From NCBI GenBank assembly GCA_036493595.1, contig DASXPN010000073.1:32029-96028 (forward strand): 64,000 bases of DNA. Direction: 5' to 3'. This document shows, piece after piece, positions 7,672-16,024 of the stretch; positions within the stretch are counted from its first letter, which is position 1; each line of letters opens with the position of its first letter. This DNA comes from Acidimicrobiales bacterium (GTDB lineage Bacteria; Actinomycetota; Acidimicrobiia; Acidimicrobiales; JACDCH01). The notes beneath the pieces are model-generated. The model worked only from the letters and a program-made list of their open reading frames with translations. It ran no database searches and was not told where the DNA came from. A program made the translations under genes and the position numbers.

Positions 7672-8517
7672 TCACGAGTCGATCACGGCGCCGGTCGAGC
7701 GCCAGGCCGCTTCGATTTGGTCGATCCGCTCGGTCGCGGACTGACGCAGCTTGGCCGCGACGCCGGCGACCAGCGCGTTGCCGATGCCGAGGACACCGAG
7801 GTGACTGTCGAACGGACCACTGCCTTCCGCGGCGACAACCAACGTCGCGTCCGCGTAGCTCGCGAGCGGTGAGAGCACGCTGTCGGTGATCGCGATCACC
7901 GTCGCGTGCGCGTCGACCGCCAGCTCGACCGCGTCGAGCACCGAGCTGTCGTAACGGCGGAGGTCGATGGCGACGACGACGTCGTTGGAACGGATGTCGG
8001 CGATGCGCGCCGCGATGGCAAGCGGTGATCCGGTAACGAGCGCCACGCCCGGACGCAAGAGTGCGAGCTCGTCGGAGACTTGGCGCGCCACTCCAACGGA
8101 GGCGCCCCCTGGCAACACCACCACGCGCGCTCGCTTGCCTGCGAGCGCGGCAACGGCGCGACCGAGCGCGTCTCGGTCGACGTGTTCGAACGTGGCGGCA
8201 AGGTTCTCGAGCTCTGTCGTGAGTGTTCGCGCCGCGAGGTCGTCGTGCGCGGCGGGTTGGCGGATGCGTTCGCTGGCGAGACGAAGCCGTCCGGTGAGGT
8301 CGGCGCGCACGGCGGACTGCAGCCCGACGAATCCCTCGTAGCCGAGACGTTCGGACAGCCTCAGGACGGTGGCGCCGCCCGTCCCGGCTCGCTTGGCGAG
8401 TGCGGCGACCGTGCCGAAGGCGACTGCCTCGGGATCGTCGAGCACGACTCCAGCGACGCGACGCTCGGACGGCGTCAGGTGATCTCGGCGCGCTTCGAGC
8501 CGGTCGCGCACGGTCAT
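7672..8517 (-). CDS. MurR/RpiR-family transcriptional regulator (HTH + SIS domain)
   Basis: Track ORF 7672..8586; ATG 8517 (MTVRDRLEARRDHLTPSERRVAGVVL). N-terminal HTH_6-like segment and C-terminal SIS-like segment (VVVLPGGASVGVA...VVVAIDLRRYD). Confidence 0.85.
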   Translation of the reverse strand: MTVRDRLEARRDHLTPSERRVAGVVLDDPEAVAFGTVAALAKRAGTGGATVLRLSERLGYEGFVGLQSAVRADLTGRLRLASERIRQPAAHDDLAARTLTTELENLAATFEHVDRDALGRAVAALAGKRARVVVLPGGASVGVARQVSDELALLRPGVALVTGSPLAIAARIADIRSNDVVVAIDLRRYDSSVLDAVELAVDAHATVIAITDSVLSPLASYADATLVVAAEGSGPFDSHLGVLGIGNALVAGVAAKLRQSATERIDQIEAAWRSTGAVIDS

Positions 8518-8548
8518 GGCTGCACAACGTATCCTGGCCTCGTGGGGG

Positions 8549-8564
8549 TGGAACGGATGTTCCA
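8549..8564. promoter_or_regulatory. Perfect palindrome TGGAAC-GGAT-GTTCCA in the divergent RpiR/ALDH intergenic region; candidate operator
   Basis: Read directly. It lies between the RpiR start (8517) and the ALDH start (8605). Confidence 0.3.
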
Positions 8565-8604
8565 CATCTCCTTCTGATCGGTACAAAGAGTCCGGAGAGT
8601 GCTC

Positions 8605-10056
8605 ATGGCGTCCTTCTCGTCAGTCAATCCGGCGCGGCCCGCCGAATTGATCGGCCGCTACGAAGCGGCCACGGCCGCGGATGTGGATCGGGCCGTGGTC
8701 GCCGCCGCGGAGGCGCAACGGCGATGGGCTGGGGTCACGCCGCCCGGTCGTGCGGACGTCATCGCCCGGGCCGGTGCGGTGCTCGCGTCGCGCAAGGCGG
8801 AGTTGGCTCAGCTGGTGGCACGTGAGGCCGGCAAGGTGCTCGTCGAAGCGGCTGGTGACGTGCAGGAGGCCGTCGACATGGCCGCGTTCGTCGCGGGGCA
8901 AGGCCGCTCGGCCTGGGGCGAGACGGTGCCGTCGGAGTTGACCGACAAGCTTGCTTGGACGACGCGTCAGCCCGTCGGCGTCGTCGGGATGATCACGCCC
9001 TGGAACTTCCCGGTCGCGATCCCTTCGTGGAAGGTGTTCCCCGCGCTGCTCGCCGGCAACGGCATCGTCATCAAGCCGTCGGAACATGCGCCGGCTTGTT
9101 GCGAGGCGTTCGTCGCCGCGTGCATCGAGGCGGGCGTGCCCGAAGGGCTCGTGCAGGTCGTGCACGGTTACGTCGAGCCGGCTGCCGCGCTGGCTGTGCA
9201 TCCGGGCGTCGGTGCGGTGAGCTTCACCGGCTCGGTACCCGCGGGCCGATCGGTCGCCGCCCGCGCCATGGAAGCAGGCCCGAAGCTGGTGTCGCTCGAG
9301 CTCGGCGGCAAGAACGCGATGATCGTCCGGGCCGACGCGGATCTCGACCTCGTCGTCGAAGGGGCGATCTTCGGTGCGTTCGGCACGGCCGGGCAACGGT
9401 GCACGTCGACGTCACGGCTCATCGTCCATCCCGCGGTCGCGAACGAGCTGGTGGCGCGCATCATCGATCGGGCCAACGCGCTGCAACTCGGTGATCCGAC
9501 CGATACCGCGACGGATGTCGGTCCGGTGATCACGTCTGATGCGGCCGCCCGCATCGCCGGCATGATCGAAACAGCGACCGGTGAGGGTGCGGAAGTTGCC
9601 TGCGGTGGTCGCGTGCGTACCGACGTTGACCGGTGTGACGGGGGCACGTTCGTCCAACCGACGGTTGTGACCGGTGTGAAGCCCGACCATCGCATCGCGA
9701 GACAGGAGGTCTTCGGTCCTGTGCTCGCGGTGCTCGAGGTCGAACAGCTCGACGAGGCGATCGATGTCGTGAACAGCGTCGACTACGGACTCTCCGCTGC
9801 GGTCTACACGCGCGACATCAACGCGGCCTTCCACGCGGTCGGTCGGATCGACACCGGCATCGTCTACGTCAACGCACCGACAATCGGTGCGGAGATCCCA
9901 CTGCCGTTCGGGGGCACGAAGCGAACGGGCAACGGCTTCCGCGAAGCAGGGGCGCGAGGCATCGAACAGTTCAGCCAGATCAAGACCGTGTATCTCGACC
10001 ACTCCGGGCGCTTGCAGAAGGCGCAGATCGACACGCACCCATTGGAGGCCGAATGA
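8605..10056 (+). CDS. NAD(P)-dependent aldehyde dehydrogenase
   Basis: Track ORF 8599..10056. ATG 8605 sits 5-6 nt after GGAGAG. Motifs ITPWNFP, ELGGKNAMIV and FGTAGQRCTS (catalytic Cys). Confidence 0.9.
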   Translation: MASFSSVNPARPAELIGRYEAATAADVDRAVVAAAEAQRRWAGVTPPGRADVIARAGAVLASRKAELAQLVAREAGKVLVEAAGDVQEAVDMAAFVAGQGRSAWGETVPSELTDKLAWTTRQPVGVVGMITPWNFPVAIPSWKVFPALLAGNGIVIKPSEHAPACCEAFVAACIEAGVPEGLVQVVHGYVEPAAALAVHPGVGAVSFTGSVPAGRSVAARAMEAGPKLVSLELGGKNAMIVRADADLDLVVEGAIFGAFGTAGQRCTSTSRLIVHPAVANELVARIIDRANALQLGDPTDTATDVGPVITSDAAARIAGMIETATGEGAEVACGGRVRTDVDRCDGGTFVQPTVVTGVKPDHRIARQEVFGPVLAVLEVEQLDEAIDVVNSVDYGLSAAVYTRDINAAFHAVGRIDTGIVYVNAPTIGAEIPLPFGGTKRTGNGFREAGARGIEQFSQIKTVYLDHSGRLQKAQIDTHPLEAE

Positions 10057-11291
10057 CCGCGCTCGATCATCATGTACCCACTGCGACGCACGAATGGCTG
10101 TCGCGCTACGACGCCGCGGTTGCGCCCGTGTTACCGACCTACTTCGACATCGTCGCGGCGAGTGGCGAAGGCGTGTGGCTGACCGACGTCGACGGTCGCC
10201 GATTCCTCGACCTGGGCGCGGGTATTGCGGTGAACAGCACGGGTCACTGCCATCCCGACGTGGTCGCTGCCATCGAGACGCAAACGCGCACGTTGCTGCA
10301 CACGTCCGTGGTCACCCGTCATGAACGCCAGATCGAGTTGGCCGAGCGACTCGTTGCGCTGTGCCCGTATCTGGACGAGCCGCAGGTGTTCTTCTGCAAC
10401 TCGGGCGCGGAAGCGGTCGACGGCGCGCTGAAACTGGCGCGGCGCGCGACCGGACGCCCTGGTGTCGTCGCGTTCGACGGCGCCTTCCACGGCCGGACGC
10501 TCGCAGCGACGACGCTCACCAACACGAAGCCGAACTACCGCGAGGGCTATGAGCCGCTGCTACCCGGTGTGCGCCACGCGCCGTATTGCCGCGACGTGCG
10601 GGACATCGAAGCCGCGCTTGTTGCCCTCGATGCCCTCCTCGACCCGTCGGTCGGCGCGGTGATCGTCGAGCCTGTGCTCGGTGAAGGCGGCTACGTCGTG
10701 CCGCCCGTCGAGTGGCTGCGAGCGTTGCGGGCGCGGTGTGATCAGGTGGGCGCGCTCCTCGTCTTCGACGAAGTGCAATGCGGCGTCGGGCGGACCGGAC
10801 GCCCGTTCGCGGCGGAAACCTTTGGGGTGGTGCCGGACGTGTTGCTGTTCGCGAAGGGGATCGCCAGCGGGATGCCGCTCGGCGGGATCATCGCGTCCGG
10901 CAGGTTGATGTCGTCGTGGCCCCGCGGCGCGCACGGCTCGACGTTCGGTGGCAATCCAGTTTCGTGCGCGGCTGCACTCGCCACGCTCGACGTGCTCGAG
11001 CGCGAAGGCTGCTACGAGCGGGCGCGCGTGCTCGGCGTGCACGCGCTCGAACGGTTGGCGATCTCCGGAGCGACGCATGTCAGGGGCATCGGCCTCATGA
11101 TCGGCGTGCCGTTGGCCAGCAGTAACGAGGCTGCTGCCATCCAGCAACGCTGCTTCGACGATCGCGTGCTCGTCTTGACGTGCGGCGCGCACGACGACAC
11201 GTTGCGCTTGGCGCCCGCGTTGACGATCACGACCGCCGAGTGGGACCGAGGGCTCGACGTCGTGATCGCGGCGATGGCTGCTGTCGCGTGA
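10053..11291 (+). CDS. Class III (acetylornithine/GABA-type) PLP aminotransferase
   Basis: Track ORF. ATGA overlap with the ALDH stop. Motifs FCNSGAEAVDGALKLAR, FDEVQCGVGRTGR and FAKGIASGMPLG (PLP lysine). Confidence 0.9.
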   Translation: MTALDHHVPTATHEWLSRYDAAVAPVLPTYFDIVAASGEGVWLTDVDGRRFLDLGAGIAVNSTGHCHPDVVAAIETQTRTLLHTSVVTRHERQIELAERLVALCPYLDEPQVFFCNSGAEAVDGALKLARRATGRPGVVAFDGAFHGRTLAATTLTNTKPNYREGYEPLLPGVRHAPYCRDVRDIEAALVALDALLDPSVGAVIVEPVLGEGGYVVPPVEWLRALRARCDQVGALLVFDEVQCGVGRTGRPFAAETFGVVPDVLLFAKGIASGMPLGGIIASGRLMSSWPRGAHGSTFGGNPVSCAAALATLDVLEREGCYERARVLGVHALERLAISGATHVRGIGLMIGVPLASSNEAAAIQQRCFDDRVLVLTCGAHDDTLRLAPALTITTAEWDRGLDVVIAAMAAVA

Positions 11292-11328
11292 TCGTGGCTG
11301 CTGTCGCGTGATCGTCGCTGCGTGATCG
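11275..11328. repeat. Tandem repeat, 20-bp unit x2 perfect plus a third partial copy, spanning the aminotransferase stop codon
   Basis: tggctgctgtcgcgtgatcg at 11275-11294 and 11295-11314 is identical. 11315-11328 (tcgctgcgtgatcg) is a shortened copy. The stop TGA is at 11289-11291, inside copy 1. Confidence 0.9.
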
Positions 11329-11331
11329 GCG

Positions 11332-11853
11332 TCAGGCGGTCTTGAACAGCTCGAGGACGCGCTCGTAGTCGTACGGCTCTTCGAGCATCGTGTCCGGATC
11401 CCACTGGCTGCGCGGTTGCGCGACGAAGTCGCCGCCGTACACGTGGATCGCACCCGTGTGGGTGCGACGCGGGTTCGTGACCGAATGGATCGCGTCGTCG
11501 CCGAGCATCAACACGTCGGACTCATGCAACTCTTTGCCACCGGACGCGTTGATGCTCGATCGGTCCCGCCGGAAGAACGCGTTGTCCTCTTGACCCGCGT
11601 AGATCCCGATTGCCGCCCACATGCGATGGTCGTGCGCTTGCAGCGTCATGCCCGGCGGCCACACCACGTTCAAGACCGTCAAGGTGTCCGAGCGGTGGAG
11701 CAGGTTGAGCCCGCCGCGGCCATGCTCCAACTCGTCCGCCACCGCGGTCGGTCGCGCCACGGCGCGCTCGAGGACCTCACGAATGGCGCGCCTCGGTTCG
11801 TTCTCCGTGACAGCGTGCTCGCATTCTTTGATGAACTCGTCCAAGTCGAACAT
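11332..11853 (-). CDS. Cupin-fold metal-dependent protein (cysteine-dioxygenase-like / COG5553-type)
   Basis: Track ORF of 173 aa. Pattern TLQAHDHRMWAAIGIYAGQE...HSV.N, typical of a double-stranded beta-helix metal site. Confidence 0.6.
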   Translation of the reverse strand: MFDLDEFIKECEHAVTENEPRRAIREVLERAVARPTAVADELEHGRGGLNLLHRSDTLTVLNVVWPPGMTLQAHDHRMWAAIGIYAGQEDNAFFRRDRSSINASGGKELHESDVLMLGDDAIHSVTNPRRTHTGAIHVYGGDFVAQPRSQWDPDTMLEEPYDYERVLELFKTA

Positions 11854-11863
11854 GTGAACCCCC

Positions 11864-12463
11864 TTGGGAGGGGCGGTGCCTCATCGCAACCGTGTCACCC
11901 CGTATGGCGACATCATCGCCTCTCCGCGCCGAGGTCGCTTCATGGGCAACCGCGGCTGCATCCATCGGGGCTACGACATCGTGCGCCCGTGGGCGTCCAA
12001 GCGGTGGATCACCTGCGTGCTCGAGTTCCGCGGTTGGCGGGCGCCGCAGTGGGAGCCGGGCCGGTGGACGGCCTTGTTCTTCGACGACGAGGCGGTCGCG
12101 TTCGCGGCAGGACATCGGCCCTGCGCCCTGTGCCGCCGCCAGGACTACGAGCGTTACCGGGACGCGTGGCAGGCAGCCAGTGGTGCGCGTCTGGGCGCGG
12201 ACGCCATGGACGCGCAATTGCACGCCGACCGCACGGACGGTCGGGCCAAGCGGTTGCACGCGGTTCGATGGCCGGAGCTACCCGACGGCGTGTTCGTCGA
12301 GGTCGACGGCAGGGCGGCGCGGGTTGACGGCGACGAGTTACGCGTGTGGAGCGGTGTCAGCGGCTACGACGGGTCTGCCGTTCGTCCTCGCGACGGGACC
12401 GCCGTGGTCATCACGCCGGCGGCGAACGTCGCCGTCCTCCGCGCCGGTTACGTACTCACGTGA
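11864..12463 (+). CDS. Conserved hypothetical protein (Cys/His-containing)
   Basis: Track ORF of 199 aa. Ordinary, protein-like composition: GNRGCIHRGYDIVRPWASKRWITCVLEFRGW...HRPCALCRR. Start uncertain (TTG 11864 or GTG 11876). Confidence 0.55.
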   Translation: MGGAVPHRNRVTPYGDIIASPRRGRFMGNRGCIHRGYDIVRPWASKRWITCVLEFRGWRAPQWEPGRWTALFFDDEAVAFAAGHRPCALCRRQDYERYRDAWQAASGARLGADAMDAQLHADRTDGRAKRLHAVRWPELPDGVFVEVDGRAARVDGDELRVWSGVSGYDGSAVRPRDGTAVVITPAANVAVLRAGYVLT

Positions 12464-12487
12464 TCGTGCGGACGGACGTGCGGACGA

Positions 12488-12862
12488 TCAGGCCTGTGGC
12501 ATCTGCGACATGAACTGGTTGAGGTCGAAGTAGTCGCGCCACGCGGTGATCTTGTCGTTCTCGACGTCGAACGTTCCCATCACCGGCAGCTCGATGGTCG
12601 ACGCCGGGAAGCGGAAGACGTCAACCCGCTCTGTCATCACGATGGGCCCTGCTGCCGCGATGTGTTCGACGCGGAACTCGACGGAGTCCACCCCGCCGGT
12701 GAAGCCTTCGATCGTTGCTCGGATCGCATCGCGTCCGGTGACCGGGGCGATGGGGATGTTGTGATAAATGGCGTCGTCGGCGAAGAACGCCATGATGGTG
12801 TCGAGGTCGCCGTCACCCCACGCCGCGCAGAACTGTCGGACGATCTCGATCGGTTCGGCCAT
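12488..12862 (-). CDS. SnoaL-like / limonene-1,2-epoxide hydrolase family protein
   Basis: Track ORF 12488..12871; ATG 12862 (MAEPIEIVRQFCAAWGDGDLDTIMAFFADDAIYHNIP...WRDYFD), a typical NTF2-like LEH pattern. Confidence 0.75.
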   Translation of the reverse strand: MAEPIEIVRQFCAAWGDGDLDTIMAFFADDAIYHNIPIAPVTGRDAIRATIEGFTGGVDSVEFRVEHIAAAGPIVMTERVDVFRFPASTIELPVMGTFDVENDKITAWRDYFDLNQFMSQMPQA

Positions 12863-12930
12863 GACGCGCAAGCTAGTGCCGGCTCAGCGCGCGCCGTTCA
12901 ACGACGTTCGACGACGTTCGGCATACGCCG

Positions 12931-13398
12931 TCAGCGACTCGGGTTCAGCGACAACTGCCAGTTGCACGAGTCCGTGTCGGCGAGGCCGTGGACTGTCGTG
13001 ACGGTGACCGTCACGGCAAACGTGCCGGACGTCGTGTACCGGTGCGCGAACACACCGTCGACCGACGAGTTGGAGTACGTGTGTCCGTCGCCGTAGTCGA
13101 TGTCGAAGCGTGCAACCGGGTCGGGCGAGTCGAGCTGGTAGCCGAACGACACGTCGTACCAGGCCCACGCTCCGTGCGCCGAGGTCGGGCAGGCGAGCGC
13201 AAGGTTCGGCGGAGTGGGGGATGCCGTGACCGGAAGGAGGTTGAACTCGGTGGCCGCAGTCGCGGTTGTCGCGTTGGACGAGCGGGGCTCGTTCGCAAAC
13301 ACGAACGCCCCGACGGCGAGCAGGGCGAGCGCGAGGAACACCAAGGCGCGACGGCGCGGGAGCGGCTCGTCATACGGTAGAGCCCGCAGCCATCGCAT
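12931..13398 (-). CDS. Membrane-anchored PKD-domain protein
   Basis: Track ORF of 155 aa. N-terminal TM ALVFLALALLAVGAFVF. PKD-like core FDIDYGDGHTYSNSS...HRYTTSGTFAVTVTVT. Confidence 0.7.
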   Translation of the reverse strand: MRWLRALPYDEPLPRRRALVFLALALLAVGAFVFANEPRSSNATTATAATEFNLLPVTASPTPPNLALACPTSAHGAWAWYDVSFGYQLDSPDPVARFDIDYGDGHTYSNSSVDGVFAHRYTTSGTFAVTVTVTTVHGLADTDSCNWQLSLNPSR

Positions 13399-13508
13399 TG
13401 GGCTATTCAGCCGGAAAAGCGGATCCGCACCAATGGCCTAATCGGGTCATTTTGTGCGTTGCGTCGTGCTAGTCAGTGCGCGCGTTTTTTGGTCGACCAG
13501 GGGGACGG

Positions 13509-14279
13509 ATGAGCTACGAGGACATCATCGTCAGCCGGCACGGCGAGGTCGAGATGATCACGCTGAACCGGCCGGACGTCCGCAACGCGCTGCGATTCGC
13601 GACCTACGACGAGCTCGAGCGAGCAGTGCGGACCACGACGAGCCGATGTCTCGTCATCACGGGCGCCGACCCCGCGTTCTGCTCCGGTGACGACGTCCGC
13701 CAGATCATGGGTGGCGGGGACGCCGACCATTCGATCGAGGTGGAGCCACGCATCACACCCGCGGCGGAGGCGTTGCTGTCGAGCAACGTGCCGGTGATCG
13801 CCGCGGTCAACGGCGCGGCCGTCGGGTGGGGCATGGAGATGGCCCTGATGGCTGACATCCGTGTCGCGTCCGAGCGGGCGAAGTTCGGTGAGCTGTTCGT
13901 GCTGCGCGGCCTGTGCACCGACGTCGCCGGCATCGGGCGCCTGGCCGGATTGGTCGGCCGTGAGCGCGCCGCCGAGATGCTCTTCACCGGTGAGGTGATC
14001 GACGCGGACACGGCCCGCAGCATCGGTCTCGTGAGTCGCGTCGTCGCGCACGAGCAGCTCGTTCCTGCCGCGCTCGAGATCGCCGCTCGCATCGCGGTCA
14101 ATCCACCGCTCGCCGTGCAGAAGATCAAGGAGGGTCTGCGGCGGGCGCTCGATCCGGAGTGGGACGCGCTCGGCATGTGGGTGAGCACGTCACTCACCGA
14201 GCTGTTCAAGACCGATGATCATCGTGAAGGCGTCAAGGCCTTCCTCGAGAAGCGGGCGCCGAACTACACGGGCCGCTGA
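13509..14279 (+). CDS. Enoyl-CoA hydratase/isomerase (crotonase) family protein
   Basis: Track ORF 13476..14279; ATG 13509 (MSYEDIIVSRHGEVEMITLNRPDVRNAL). Motifs FCSGDDV and AAVNGAAVGWGMEMAL. Confidence 0.9.
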   Translation: MSYEDIIVSRHGEVEMITLNRPDVRNALRFATYDELERAVRTTTSRCLVITGADPAFCSGDDVRQIMGGGDADHSIEVEPRITPAAEALLSSNVPVIAAVNGAAVGWGMEMALMADIRVASERAKFGELFVLRGLCTDVAGIGRLAGLVGRERAAEMLFTGEVIDADTARSIGLVSRVVAHEQLVPAALEIAARIAVNPPLAVQKIKEGLRRALDPEWDALGMWVSTSLTELFKTDDHREGVKAFLEKRAPNYTGR

Positions 14280-14283
14280 CCCG

Positions 14284-14607
14284 CTACTCGGCTCGCGTGC
14301 CGTTGCCGTCTCGACGGACGGGCCGCACGACCACCACCGAGTCGGCGCCTCCGAACTCGTTGGCGGCGTAGGTCTCCGCGTCCCATGCGTTCTCCCACCG
14401 GCCGTCGCCGAGGTAGTAGCGGAACCGGTAGGTGCCGGGCACCAGCGTGACGACGAGCTCGAGCGAGCCATCGTCCTTGCGCTTCATCGGGTGGCTCGCC
14501 ATCGACCAGTTGTTGAACTCACCGACGACCCACGCCCGCTCCGCACCCGCCTCGGACGGGAGCTTGAAGCGGACGCTCACCGCGCCGTTGCTGCCCTGGT
14601 GATCCAT
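14284..14607 (-). CDS. Stand-alone glycogen-binding module protein (CBM48 / AMPK-beta-like early-set domain)
   Basis: Track ORF of 107 aa. VSVRFKLPSEAGAERAWVVGEFNNWS...PGTYRFRYYLGDGRWENAWD matches the CBM48 pattern. Confidence 0.75.
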   Translation of the reverse strand: MDHQGSNGAVSVRFKLPSEAGAERAWVVGEFNNWSMASHPMKRKDDGSLELVVTLVPGTYRFRYYLGDGRWENAWDAETYAANEFGGADSVVVVRPVRRDGNGTRAE

Positions 14608-14696
14608 TGCTTGTCATCCCTACCAGTCGCCGTGTGTGGAGGCCGACTGAAATAGGTTCCCTGCGAGCTGTCTGGCAAACGTGACCTTACGGACCT

Positions 14697-15986
14697 CTAG
14701 GGTGCTTGTCCCGACACCGGGCGGCGCCCGACGACGTGCCAGACGGGCATCGGACCCTTTCCCTTGATGTCCGTCACACCCTGTGGCTCGCACACGAAAT
14801 CGTGGTCGATGCGCTCGTAGGTCGCCGCCGTGACCTGCACGACACCGGCCGTGCCGTGCGACTCCATGCGGCTCGCGAGATTCACCGCGTCGCCCCAGAG
14901 GTCGTAGAGGAATCGCTTCTGACCCACGATGCCGGCGATGACAGGCCCCGAGTTGATGCCAACGCGGAACTGCAACCGCCGACCAGCGAACTCACGTTCA
15001 CCCATCAGCTCTTGGAGTCGCAGGCCGAACGCACACAATGCCGTCGCGTGATCAGGACGGGGATCGGGAACACCGGCCGCGACCATGTAGCAGTCGCCGA
15101 TCGTCTTGATCTTCTCGAGGCCCATCTCGTCGACGAGATCGTCGAACACGGAGAACACCTCGTTCAACAGGATGACGACTTCCGCCGGCGTCAACCGGCT
15201 TGCGAGCTCGGTGAATCCTTGGATGTCCGCGAACAGGATCGACGCGTCGTCGAACTCGTCGGCCACGGAGAGGTCCTGTTCGAGCGCGGCCGCCACCGAC
15301 TCGGGAAACACGCGCAACATCAGCTGTTCGATCTGCGCGTGTTGCGCGCGCTCCACTGCCAGCTTCTGACCGAGTCCGGCGACGCACTCTCCCAACACGA
15401 GCCCCGCGATCGCGATGCCGCCACCGACGACGAGACCGCGTGCAAGCGTGACGTCGCCGGCGATCAACGCGGACACCGCGAACAGCGCGACGTAGTAGGT
15501 GACGATCAGCCGTCCGCTGCGAGGCGACGCCGTGAGCACGCCGACGGTCACGGCACTCGTCACGCACATCAGCAGAAAGCCCGGCCACCAATGCCCGAAC
15601 GGCTCGGTGGTCGTGAGGTACGCGACGGGAGCGATGACACAGCCGAGCGCGGCACGCACGAGCTCGACCCGCAACGGACGCCGCCACCGGATCGGTTGCG
15701 CGCTGATCGCGACATTGCCGACGAGCAACACCGCGATCGCGATCACGCCGCCGCCATTCGCGTTGCCTTGTATGTAGGCGCGGATGATCACGGCGAGGGA
15801 CAGAAGGCAGTACGCGACGAGCACGCCGTCCGCCGCGGCGATGACGCGGCGCGAGGCGCTGTCGCCGAAGACGGCGCGGGCCACCTCGACGTCGGACTTG
15901 GGCTCCGCGCCATCACCGTCGATGCCGAGCCTGTCCAATGCGGACCCGACCGATCCGACGAGCCCGGACGCCGCGCGACTGGCCAT
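14697..15986 (-). CDS. Class III adenylate/guanylate cyclase with N-terminal multi-pass membrane domain
   Basis: Track ORF of 429 aa. About six hydrophobic segments, then the catalytic core ILFADIQGFTELA...KTIGDCYMVAAG...GINSGPVIAGIVG...DLWGDAVNLASRME. Confidence 0.9.
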   Translation of the reverse strand: MASRAASGLVGSVGSALDRLGIDGDGAEPKSDVEVARAVFGDSASRRVIAAADGVLVAYCLLSLAVIIRAYIQGNANGGGVIAIAVLLVGNVAISAQPIRWRRPLRVELVRAALGCVIAPVAYLTTTEPFGHWWPGFLLMCVTSAVTVGVLTASPRSGRLIVTYYVALFAVSALIAGDVTLARGLVVGGGIAIAGLVLGECVAGLGQKLAVERAQHAQIEQLMLRVFPESVAAALEQDLSVADEFDDASILFADIQGFTELASRLTPAEVVILLNEVFSVFDDLVDEMGLEKIKTIGDCYMVAAGVPDPRPDHATALCAFGLRLQELMGEREFAGRRLQFRVGINSGPVIAGIVGQKRFLYDLWGDAVNLASRMESHGTAGVVQVTAATYERIDHDFVCEPQGVTDIKGKGPMPVWHVVGRRPVSGQAP

Positions 15987-16024
15987 GAGGACGGCGAGTC
16001 TACGGGCGCCTAGGTTGCGCGCTC

